A stretch of DNA of 64,000 nt from the NCBI RefSeq assembly GCF_009914755.1, contig NC_060927.1, one strand, 5' to 3'. This document shows, piece after piece, positions 54,699 through 64,000 of the stretch. Numbering within the stretch: the stretch's first letter is position 1; every line of letters begins with the position of its first letter. Below the pieces are notes generated by a model. The model saw only the letters and a program-made list of their open reading frames with translations. It searched no databases and was not told where the DNA came from. This DNA comes from the human T2T-CHM13v2.0 reference genome, Homo sapiens. Position numbers and translations under genes: made by a program.

Positions 54699-55433
54699 AT
54701 GATAAAAGGATTAGTCCAACAGGAAAATATCACAGTTCTAAATATATATGCACCTAACACTGGTGCTCCCAAATTTATAAAACAATTACTACTATACCTA
54801 AGAAATGAGACAGATGGCAACACAATAATAGTGGAGGACTTTAACACTCCACTGACAGCACTAGACAAGTCATCAAGACAGAAAGTCAACAAAGAAACAA
54901 TGGACTTAAACTATATTCTAGAACAAATGAACTTAACAGATATTTACAGAAAATTCTATCCAACAACTGCAGAATACACATTCTATTCATCAGCACATGG
55001 AACATTCTCCAACATAGACCATACGATAGGCCACAAAATAAGTCTCAGGAAATTTAAGAAAATCGAAATTATATCAAGTACTCTCTCAGACCACAGTGAA
55101 ATAAAATTGGAAATCAACTCCAAAAGGATCCTTCAAAACCAGGCAAATACATGGAAATTAAATAATCTGCTCCTGAATGATCAAACAAAAAGCTGCCTCT
55201 TTGAAAAGATAAATAAAATTGATAGACTGTTAGTGAGATTAACCAAGAAAAGAAGAGAGAAGATCCAAATAAACTCTATTAGAAATGAAGCGGGAGATAT
55301 TACAACTGATATCACAGAAATACAAAAGATTATTGAAGGCTACTATGAACACCTTCACATGCATAAACTAGAAAACCTAGAGGAGATGGATAAATTCCTG
55401 GAAATATACAACTCTCCTAGATTAAACCAGTAA
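54699..55433 (+). pseudogene. L1 ORF2 endonuclease-region fragment (open across an in-frame deletion)
   Basis: 244-aa ORF with APE-like motifs; the N-terminal part upstream is interrupted by stops. Confidence 0.85.
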
Positions 55434-57081
55434 GATATAGAACTGGAACAAGATAGGGATGCCCACTTTCACTCCTTCTATTCAACATAGTACTGGAAGT
55501 CCTAGCCAGAGCATTCAGAAAAGAGAAAGAAATAAAGGGTGTCCAAATTGATAAAAAAGAAGTCAAACTGTCTCTGTTTGCTGACGTTACGATTGTATAC
55601 CTAAAAAGCCCTAAAGATTCATCCAAAAATCTTCTGGAACTGGTAAATGAATTCACCAAAGTTTCCAGATACAAAATTAAAGTACACAAATCGGTAGCTC
55701 TGCTGCCTACCAACAGCGACCAAGCTGAAAATCAAATCAAGAACTCCACCCCTTTCACAATATCTGCAAAAACAAACAAACAAACAAACACTTAGGAATG
55801 TATCTAATCAAGGATGTGAAAGACCTCTACAAGGAAAACTACGAAACACTGCTGAAAGAAATCATAGATGACACAAACAAATAGAAACACATCCCATGCT
55901 CATGGATGGGGAGAATCAATATTGTGAAAATGACCACACTGCCAAAAGCAATCTACAAAGTCAGTGCAATTCCCATCAAGATAGCACCATCATTCTTCTC
56001 AGAACTAGCAAAAACAATCCTAAAATTTACATGGAACCAAAAAAGAGCCCACACAGCCAAAGCAAGACTAAGCAAAAAGAACACATTGGGAGGCATCACG
56101 TTACCTGACTTCACCTTTTTCTCTGAGGCCATAGTCACCAAAGCAACATGGTATTGTTATAAAAATAGGCACATAGACCAATGGAACAGAATAGAGAACC
56201 CAGAAATAAAGCCAAAAACTTGCAGTCAACTGATCCTCAACAAAGCAAACAAAAATATGCAGTGTGGAAAGGACATCCTATTCAACAAATGGTGCTGGGA
56301 TCATTGAAAAGCCCAGTGTAGAAGAATGAAACTGGATCCTCATCTCTCACCTTAAAAAAAATCAACTCAAGATATATCAAAGACTAAATATAAGACCTGA
56401 AACCATAAAGATAATGGAAAATAACATTGGAACAACACTTCCAGACATTGGCTTAGGCAAAGATTTCATGACCAAGAACACAAAGCAAACACAACAAAAA
56501 CAAAGATAAATACATGGGACTTAATTAAACTAAAAAGCTTCTGCACAGCCAAAGAAATAATCATGAGAGTTTACAGACAACCCACAGAGTGGGAAAAGAT
56601 CTTCACAATCTATTTATCCAACGAATGACTGATATCGAGAATCTACAAGGAACTCAAACAAATCAGCAAGAAAAAAACAAACAATCCCATTAAAAAGTGG
56701 GCTAAGGACATGAATAGACAATTCTCAAAGAAGATATACAAATGGCAAGCAAGCACAAATGGGAAAATGCTTAACATTGCCAATTATCAGAAAAATGTAA
56801 ATCAAAACCACAATGCAATACGACCTCCCTCCTGCAAGAATTGCCATAATCAAAAACTCAAAAAATAATAGACATTGGCATGGATGTGGTGAAAAGGGAA
56901 CAGTTTTACACTGTTGGTGGGAATGTAAACTAGTACAATCACTATGGAAAACAGTGTTGGAGATTCCTTAAAGGACTAAAAGTAGATCTACCGTTTGATC
57001 CAGCAATCCCACTACTTGGTGTCTACCCAGAGGAAAAGAAGTTATTATACTAAAAAAAAAAAAAGAAAAAAAAGAAAAAAA

Positions 57082-57582
57082 TTTCATGTGTGTCCGTGTG
57101 AAGAGACCACCAAACAGACTTTGTGTGAGCAACATGGCTGTTTATTTCACATGGGTGAAATAAACCCATGCACCTTCACGTGGGTGCAGGCGGGCTGAGT
57201 CTGAAAAGAGAGTCAGCGAAGGGAGATAGGGGTGGGGCTGTTTTATAGGATTTGGGAAGGTGATGGAAAATTACAGTCAAAGGGGGTTGTTCTCTGGTGG
57301 GCATGGGTGGATCTCACAAAGTACATTCTCAAGGGTGGGGAGAATTACAAAGAACCTTCTTAAGGGTGGGGGAGACTACAAAGTACCTTCTTAAGGGTGG
57401 GGGAGATTACAAAGTACATTGATCAGTTAGGATGGGGCAGGAACAAATCACAATGGTGGAATGTCATCAGTTAAGGCTGTTTTTACTTCTTTTGTGGATC
57501 TTCAGTTACTTCAGGCCATCTGGATGTATACGTGCAAGTTACAGGGGATGCGATGGCCTGGCCTGGGCTCAGAGGCCTGACA
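57082..57582 (-). mobile_element. HERV-H 3' LTR, LTR7Y-like, 501 bp (29-bp insertion relative to the 5' LTR)
   Basis: Aligns end to end with 60903-61374 apart from the insertion near 57151-57180. Confidence 0.93.
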
Positions 57583-57700
57583 TTCCTGCCTTCTTATATT
57601 AATAAGACAAATAAAACAAAATAGTGTTGAAGTGTTGGGGTGGTGAAAATTTTTGGGGGGTGGTATGGAGAGAGAACGGGCGATGTTTCTCAGGGCTGCT

Positions 57701-58039
57701 TCAAGCGGGATTAGGGGCAGTGTGGGAACCTAGAGTGGGAGAGACTAAGCTGAAGGGAGGTCTTGTGGTGAGGGGTGATATTGTGCGGATGTTAGAAGAA
57801 ACATTTGTCGTATAGAATGATTGGTGATGGCCTGGATATGGTTTTGGATGAATTGAGAAGCTAAACGGAAGATACAAGGTCCGAATTAAAAGGAGGAGAA
57901 AAATGGGTATTAAAGGACTAAGAATTGGGAGGACCCAGGACATCCAATTAGAGAGTGCCCAAGGGGGTTCAGCATAATTACTTGCTTGGTTGGCAAGTTT
58001 TTGGGCTCTATCCTTGAGTTTTTTTATGTTGTCATACAC
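57701..58039 (-). pseudogene. HERV-H env TM C-terminal remnant
   Basis: NIKKLKDRAQKL...NWMSWVLPILSPLIPIFLLL membrane-anchor region next to the 3' LTR. Confidence 0.8.
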
Positions 58040-58446
58040 CAGGCCAGATTGATTTAGGTAAAAACAACACTCCTCATTTAAGAATATGCAGAGTCCTCCT
58101 TTTTCAGCAGTAAGTCAGTCAAGGCCTCGGCGGTTTTGGAGGACAACTGCAGCTAAAGAGTCAACTTGGGCCTGGAGGACTGATAAAGTTTGTGATTTTG
58201 AAGGCCTCTAAAAGTATTAAAGCAGCAGCAGCCGCTGCACGCAGACATGAGGGCTAGGCTAAAACAGTAAGGTCAAGTTGTTTGGACAGAAAGGCTACAG
58301 GGTGCGGTCCTGGCTCTTGTGTAAGAATTCCGACCATGCTAACCATGCCTAGGAAGGAAAGGAGTTGTTGTTTTGTAGAAGGTGCTGGGGTTTGAGAGAT
58401 CAGTCGGACACGATTGGCAGGGAAAGCACGTGTGTTTTTATGAGAA

Positions 58447-59343
58447 TTATGCTGAGATAGGTAACAGATGAGGAAGAAATTTGGGCTTGATTGAAGTAAT
58501 GGGGGCTGTCTGTGAAGCTTTGCAGCAGTACAGCCTTGGTAATTTGCTGAGCCTAATGGGTGTCAGGGTCAGTCTAAGTGAAAGCAAAGAGAGGCTGGGA
58601 CGAGGGGTGCAGGGGAATAGTGAAAAAAGCATCTTTAAGATGGAGAACAGAATAGTGAGTTGTGGAGGAATGGATTGAGGACAAAAGAGTGTAGGGGTTG
58701 GGCACCACAGGGTGGATGGCAAAACAATTTGGTTGATAAGGCGCAGATCCTGAACTAATCTGTAAGACTTGTCCGGTTTTTGGACAGGTAAAATGGGGGA
58801 ATTGTAAGGAGAGTTTATAGGTTTTAGAAGCCCATGCTGTAGCAGGCAAGTGATAACAGGCTTTAATCCTTTGAAAGCGTGCTGTGGGATGGGATATGGG
58901 CGTTGAGCGGGGTAAGGGTGATTAGATTTTAACGGGATGGTAATGGGCATGTGATCAGTTGCCAGGGAAGGAGTAGAGATGTCCCATACTTGTGGGTTAA
59001 GGTGGGGGGATATGAGAGGAAGACGCGAAGGAGGCTTTGGGTTGGGGAGAAGGGCGGCAATGAGACACAGCTGTAATCCAGGAATAGTCAGGGAAGCAGA
59101 TAATTTGGTTAAAATATCTCGGCCTAATAAGGGAACTGGGCAGGTGGGGATAACTAAAAAAGAGTCCATAAAAGAGTGCTGTCCAAGTTGGTACCAGAGT
59201 GGGGGAGTTTTCAGGGGTTTTGAAGCCTGGCCGCCAATACCCACAACAGTTATGGAGGCAAGGGAAACAGGCCCTTGAAAAGAAGGTAATGTGGAGTGGG
59301 TAGCCTCCGTATTGATTAAGAAGGGGACGGACTTACCTTCCAC
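58447..59343 (-). pseudogene. HERV-H protease / RT N-terminal remnant
   Basis: FLINTEATHS (catalytic DTG lost), [32 protein letters not shown]; then frameshifted ([10 protein letters not shown] in another frame). Confidence 0.9.
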
Positions 59344-59523
59344 TGTGAGAGTTACCCAAAGCTCGGCGTCCGTGATGGTCTACGGGGCTTCCAAGGCAAT
59401 CAGGCAGCGTCAGTCTTCAGCTGCTAAGCCGAGAAGATCTGGGAAGGAGTCAGTCAGAGAGCCTTGGGCCAGAGTTCCAGGGGCTCTGGGAGTGGCTGCC
59501 AGGTGAGTTGAACAGTCCGATTT

Positions 59524-59760
59524 TCAGTGGGTTCCTGCACAGATGGGACGCGGCTTACGAGGAATCCTGAGCTGCGGGCATTCCTTGGCCTGGTGGCCAG
59601 ATTTCTGGCACTTGTAGCAAGCTCCTGGGGAAGGAGGTTCTGGGGGAACGCCTGGCTGCTGCGGTTCAGGTGTTTGGAAGTTCTTGTGTGCTGGAGATGT
59701 GGCTGGGGTTTGTGTCACAGTGGAGGCAAGGAATTGCAACTTTTTTCTATTATTGTACAC
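59524..59760 (-). pseudogene. HERV-H gag nucleocapsid remnant
   Basis: CCHC zinc knuckle CYKCQKSGHQAKEC. Confidence 0.85.
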
Positions 59761-60052
59761 CTTGAAGACGAGGTTAATTAAATCCTGTTGTGGGGTTTGA
59801 GGGCCGGAATTTAATTTTTGGAGTTTTATTTAATGTCGGGAGCAGATTGCGTAATAAAATGTATTTTGAGAATAAGACGGCCTTTTGACCTTTTAGGGTC
59901 TAGGGCTGTAAAGTGGCTCAGGGTTGCTGCCGAGCGAGCCATGAACTGGGCTGGATTTTTATATTTGATGAAAAAGAGCCTAAACGCTATCTGATTTGGG
60001 ATAAAGAAAAAGAAGCATTAACCTTGACTATGCCTTTGGCTCCAGCCACCTT

Positions 60053-60601
60053 TTAAAGAGTAAATTGCTCGGCAGGTGGGGAAGAGCTAGTCACAGAACG
60101 AAACTGTAAGCCAGACCGGGTGTGAGGAGGGGAGGCTGAGGAAGTATTGGGACTTAGCTGGGTCTGGCAATGAGCAGCTTGGGGAGGACGGGAAAGGTCA
60201 GATGGGTCTGTAGAAAAGGAAGACTGGGAAGACTCAGCGATGCTTGGGGTTGGGACCGAGGGGACAGGCGGGAGGGAAAGAAGGAGGATCTGGGAGGAAT
60301 CGCATTGGGAACAGAGGCTAGGGAGGGAACGAAGTGTGAAAAATGCCTGGACGTAAGGCACCTCAGACCATTTGCCCATTTTTCGACAAAAATTATTTAG
60401 GTCTTGTAGGATGGAGAAATCGAACGTGCCGTTTTCTGGCCATTTAGAGCCATTGTCAAGTTTGTACTGGGGCCAAGCGGTGTTGCAGAAGAAAATAAGG
60501 TGTTTAGGTTTTAGGTCAGGTGTGTGTTGAAGAGGTTTTAAGTTCTTGAGCACACAGGCTAAGGGAGAAGAAGGAGGAATGGAGGGTGGAAGGTTGCCCA
60601 T
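60053..60601 (-). pseudogene. HERV-H gag N-terminal remnant
   Basis: MGNLPPSIPPSSPLACVLKNL...CNTAWPQYKLDNGSKWPENGTFDF...KWSEVPYVQAFF, a gammaretroviral MA-like sequence. Confidence 0.88.
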
Positions 60602-60678
60602 AGTGAAGGAAGCAAACCCAGAGAAAAGAGAGCGTAGAGACACGGAGGGAAGGGGTTTGGGGGTTCTTGCCTCCTAGA

Positions 60679-60806
60679 AAAGTGGGACTTGCCGCTGAGG
60701 GTGAAGGAGAAGGGGTTGAGGGGTACTTGGCCCTGCCCCAGGAAAGCGGGACTTGCCGCTGAGGGTGAAGGAGAAGGGGTTGAGGGGTACTTGGCCCTGC
60801 CCCAGG
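60679..60806. repeat. 64-bp tandem duplication in the HERV-H leader
   Basis: aaag(t/c)gggacttgccgctgagggtgaaggagaaggggttgaggggtacttggccctgccccagg x2. Confidence 0.9.
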
Positions 60807-60882
60807 AAAGTGGAGAAGAGGTAGAGAGGTAGGAACAAAGAGCAGGAGGACGGGGGATTGATCTCCCAAGGGATGTCCCCCG

Positions 60883-60900
60883 ATCCGAGTCACAGCACCA
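60883..60900 (-). other. Primer binding site for tRNA-His
   Basis: Minus strand TGGTGCTGTGACTCGGAT, 17/18 complementary to the tRNA-His 3' end (AUCCGAGUCACGGCACCA). Confidence 0.92.
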
Positions 60901-60902
60901 AA

Positions 60903-61374
60903 TTTCATGCGTGTCTGTGTGAAGAGACCGCCAAACAGGCTTTGTGTGAGCAATAAAGCTGTTTATTTCACCTGGGTGCAGGTGGGCTGAGTCCGAAAAG
61001 AGAGTCAGCGAAGGGAGATAGGGGTGGGGCTGTTTTATAGGATTTGGGAAGGTGATGGAAAATTACAGTCAAAGGGGGTTGTTCTCTGGTGGGCAGGGGT
61101 GGATCTCACAAAGTACATTCTCAAGGGTGGGGAGAATTACAAAGAACCTTCTTAAGGGTGGGGGAGACTACAAAGTACCTTCTTAAGGGTGGGGGAGATT
61201 ACAAAGTACATTGATCAGTTAGGATGGGGCAGGAACAAATCACAATGGTGGAATGTCATCAGTTAAGGCTGTTTTTACTTCTTTTGTGGATCTTCAGTTA
61301 CTTCAGGCCATCTGGATGTATACGTGCAAGTTACAGGGGATGCGATGGCCTGGTCTGGGCTCAGAGGCCTGACA
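60903..61374 (-). promoter_or_regulatory. HERV-H 5' LTR, LTR7Y (type Ia)-like, 472 bp
   Basis: Three ~31-bp type-II repeats (acaaagtaccttcttaagggtgggggaga) combined with type-I downstream U3 (accagagaacaaccccc on minus); TATA cctataaaa at 61033-61041 (minus); several CACCC boxes. Confidence 0.88.
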
Positions 61375-61474
61375 AAAAATCTTTGCACACACGTGTTTAT
61401 ATTAGCACAATTTGCAATAGCAAAATATGGAACCAACCCAAATGCCCATCAATCAACAAGTAGGTAAAGAAAAT

Positions 61475-61477
<3 letters not shown>

Positions 61478-61506
<29 letters not shown>

Positions 61507-61644
61507 ACATATATATATAACATATATATATATAACATATATATATATAACATATATATATATAACATATATATATAACATATATATATATAACATATAT
61601 ATATAACATATATATATTATATATATATATATAATATATATATA
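61478..61644. repeat. (TA)n / (TATATATAACA)n microsatellite inside the L1 3' region
   Basis: About 165 nt of AT-alternating sequence punctuated by aca. Confidence 0.95.
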
Positions 61645-62127
61645 GCATGGAATACTACTCAGCCATAAAAAGGAATGAAATAATGGCATTCACAGCAACC
61701 TAGATGGAATTGGAGACTATTATTGTAAGTGAAGTAACTCAGGAATGGAAAATCAAACATCATACGTTCTTATTCATATGTGGGAGCTAAGCTATGTGTA
61801 CACAAAGCATAAGAATGATACAATGGATTTTGGGGATTGGGGGAAAGGGTGGGGGTTGGTGAGGGATAAAAGATTACATATTGGGTACAGTGTACGTGGC
61901 TCAGGTGACGGGTACGCCAAAATCTCAGAAATCACCACTAAAAAGCTTATTCATGTAACCAAACACCACCTGTTTCCCAAAAACCTATTGAAATAAAAAA
62001 AGGAATATAAATAAATAAATAACATTATTGGAACAATAAGAAAGCCAAAAACAAACAAATAAACAGCAAATACAAATAATAAAGAGTTTTGATGGAAATC
62101 CATTGAAATGTTAATTATGTTTTAAAG

Positions 62128-62343
62128 CAGGAGTGTCCAATCTTTTGGCTTCCCTGGGCTACAGTGGAAGAAGAATTGTCTTGGGCCACATATAAAATAC
62201 ACAAATTTTTAGCTGATGAGCTAAAAAAAAAATTGCAAAAAAATCTCATAACGTTTTAAGAAAATGTATGAATTTTTGTTGGGCCACATTCAAAGCCATC
62301 CTGGGTTGCATGCAGCCTGAGGGCTGTAGGTTGGACAAGCTTG
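62128..62343 (+). mobile_element. MER30 hAT-Charlie element with 8-bp TSD
   Basis: caggagtgtccaatcttttggcttccctggg...ggttggacaagcttg; TSD ttttaaag / ttttaagg. Confidence 0.9.
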
Positions 62344-62379
62344 TTTTAAGGTATTAATTTATGCTCTTCTTTTCCCTAG

Positions 62380-63740
62380 AAGTATAATATATACAGAAAA
62401 GTACAAAAAACATGAGCAGATAGATCAATGAAGTATTGTTAAGCCAGATCCAGGAATAGATATTTCCAACACCCCCAGAAGGTCCGCCCATTATATCCCC
62501 TTCTAGTTATGACATCCTCCTTCTGCCTCAAAGATGAGCCATATCTTGACTTGTGAATTTGTAATTATTATTGCTTTTTAATTTTATATGAATAAAATCA
62601 TGCAATATATAATATATTGCTTCAAGTCTGGCTTATTAGCCAACTATGTTTCTGAGATCCTTTTATATTGTTGTAGGTAGCTGTAGTTCATTTTTCTGAT
62701 CACATATAATATTTTATTGTATGAATATAATGCAGTTTATGTGGAACTTTTACTGTTATTGGAAAATTGTATTATTTCTAAGTGCATTCTTCTATGATTA
62801 TTCTTGCACATATCTTTTGGGAGATCTGTGTAAATATTTCTCTGTTGTATATACCAGAAATCAGAATTATCGGGAAATTGGGCATGCATATGACAATTTT
62901 AAAAGATAACACCAAATTGTTGTCTATAGTGATTTTATTAATTTGTACTCTTTCCAGTAATGTTTTTTTCTATATTCTTGACAATATTTGATATGATCAG
63001 TCTTTTTAAAAATTTTAGCCTTTTGCAGGGGGATAGTAAAAAGTATCTCATTTTGGTTTAGCTTCTGTTTCCTGATCACTAATGAAATTGGGCACTTTTT
63101 AAAATTATTATTGGCTATTTGGAAACCTCCCTCCCTCCCCTTGGTTTCTAGGAATAACTTAATTCATTTTTCCATATTTTAATTGTGTTGTCTTTGTTTT
63201 CATTAGTGATTGATTCTAGAGAAGAGCACAATGTTGCTTTTTTGTGTAGGAAACCGCTTCTACTGTGTCGCTTGCCTTTTCACTCTCTTAATCATGTCTT
63301 TTGATAAACAGAAAAATTTAAATTTAACATAGTTCAATCTATTGGTCTTTTTCTTTTTGAGATGTTTTTTGTAAAAAGTTTAAGAACTGTTTTCCTTCCT
63401 TGCGATCATATTTTCCTGTTATCTTCTATAGTGTATTTTGTCCTTCGTATTTAAATTATAATGCACCTGCATTTTATTTATTTATTCATTTATTTTCATG
63501 GTGTAAAATTGGTTCAATATACAATTTTTTTCTATAGGGATCCAATTGAGCCAGAACATATATGAAAGATGCAGTCCTTTCTTTGCTGTTCTACAGTGCC
63601 ATTCCTAAAGGGAATTAAATCTGCATGCCTGCTTGAGCCTGCTATTGACCTCTTTTTTCTCTCTTCCTTTGTTGTATTTGTAAATGCCATATTCTAGTAA
63701 TTACTGCAGTCTTACAATAAGTCTTAATATCTGATAGCTA
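62380..63740 (-). mobile_element. Old L1ME-like fragment
   Basis: T-rich antisense L1 text (agtatctcattttggtttagc, ttgcctttt cactctctta, gtcttaatatctg). Confidence 0.65.
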
Positions 63741-64000
63741 TTAAAATAGACTATATGGTTTAAAAAAAAAAGAGGCTTGAATTGTAAGTGAAACCAAAGG
63801 AGAATAAAATCCAAAGAGAACCAGAGGAGAATAAAAATTCATGCCATGAGATCCAATCCATTATGAAAATTGAGCTTTAAAAAGCTTTAGAATTAGTGAC
63901 CAAGGCAAAGAGCGGTACATATCTTTCATTGGATAAAAATATAACAACTGTTTCTGTGAGTATAATCACCCTGAGTATAAAAAGCCCGAGGGAAGCTTCT

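Larger units (their letters stand above)
57082..61374 (-). mobile_element. HERV-H provirus (4.3 kb, deleted), antisense to CNTN6, inserted in the L1 3' region
   Basis: Two LTRs (TGTCAGGCC...CATGAAA on the minus strand), tRNA-His PBS, PPT aagaaggcaggaa, gag/pro/pol/env remnants; apparent 5-bp TSD aaaaa; the L1 sequence resumes seamlessly at 61375. Confidence 0.97.

Noticed and set aside
54699-56307. 244-aa and 133-aa ORFs as functional L1 ORF2 or a domesticated nuclease
   Set aside because: Fragments of a decayed L1PB with upstream stops, large deletions and a mutated GDFN motif; open stretches of this length are expected in L1 remnants.
57051-57081. A-rich run beside the HERV-H, suggesting L1-mediated insertion of the provirus
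   Set aside because: The run is on the wrong strand to be a viral poly(A) tail and both LTRs are complete; it is better explained as expansion of the L1's own A-run at the target site.
57316-57420. ~31-bp direct repeats resembling a CRISPR-like array (also at 61108-61212)
   Set aside because: No spacers; these are the known U3 tandem repeats of HERV-H LTRs.
58447-59343. 298-aa ORF as an active retroviral protease/RT
   Set aside because: The catalytic DTG is replaced by NTE, the RT frameshifts before its active site, and integrase is deleted.
61832-61860. G-quadruplex motif (also 52201-52223)
   Set aside because: Real motifs, but ordinary G-rich tracts of the L1 3' UTR and 5' UTR.
63792-63836. 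27-bp-period duplication aacca(a/g)aggagaataaaa
   Set aside because: Ordinary short tandem duplication with no further structure.

Overview
AT-rich primate (most likely human) genomic DNA from inside the neural cell-adhesion gene CNTN6 (contactin-6/NB-3), + strand. Only two coding exons are present (37031-37157 and 44162-44337, by my recall exons 3 and 4). Together they encode the first Ig domain; everything else is intron. The introns are packed with transposon fossils: Alu, MIR, L2, old L1M, MaLR/ERV LTRs, hAT/Tigger elements, a CR1-type reverse-transcriptase relic and a decayed U6 retrocopy. The largest object is a nested stack at 51.9-62.1 kb: a 5'-complete, TSD-flanked L1PB-type LINE with internal deletions, carrying an AluY and an antisense, two-LTR, LTR7Y-type HERV-H provirus. 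I see no new protein-coding system, and nearly all ORFs in the supplied track are spurious or repeat-derived. The best leads are: (1) a recent ~99% identical inverted-plus-direct local duplication at 4.6/5.6-5.8 kb; (2) a fold-back insertion that locks the HERV-H 3' LTR poly(A) signal in an 11-bp hairpin; (3) lopsided divergence between the two LTRs; (4) an AluY with strongly AT-to-GC biased changes; (5) a frame-preserved CR1 RT fossil; (6) several small templated-insertion scars; (7) an exon 3+4 module of 303 nt that would give a stop-free circle if back-spliced. Repeat subfamily names come from recalled consensus sequences, and the boundaries of old repeats are approximate.
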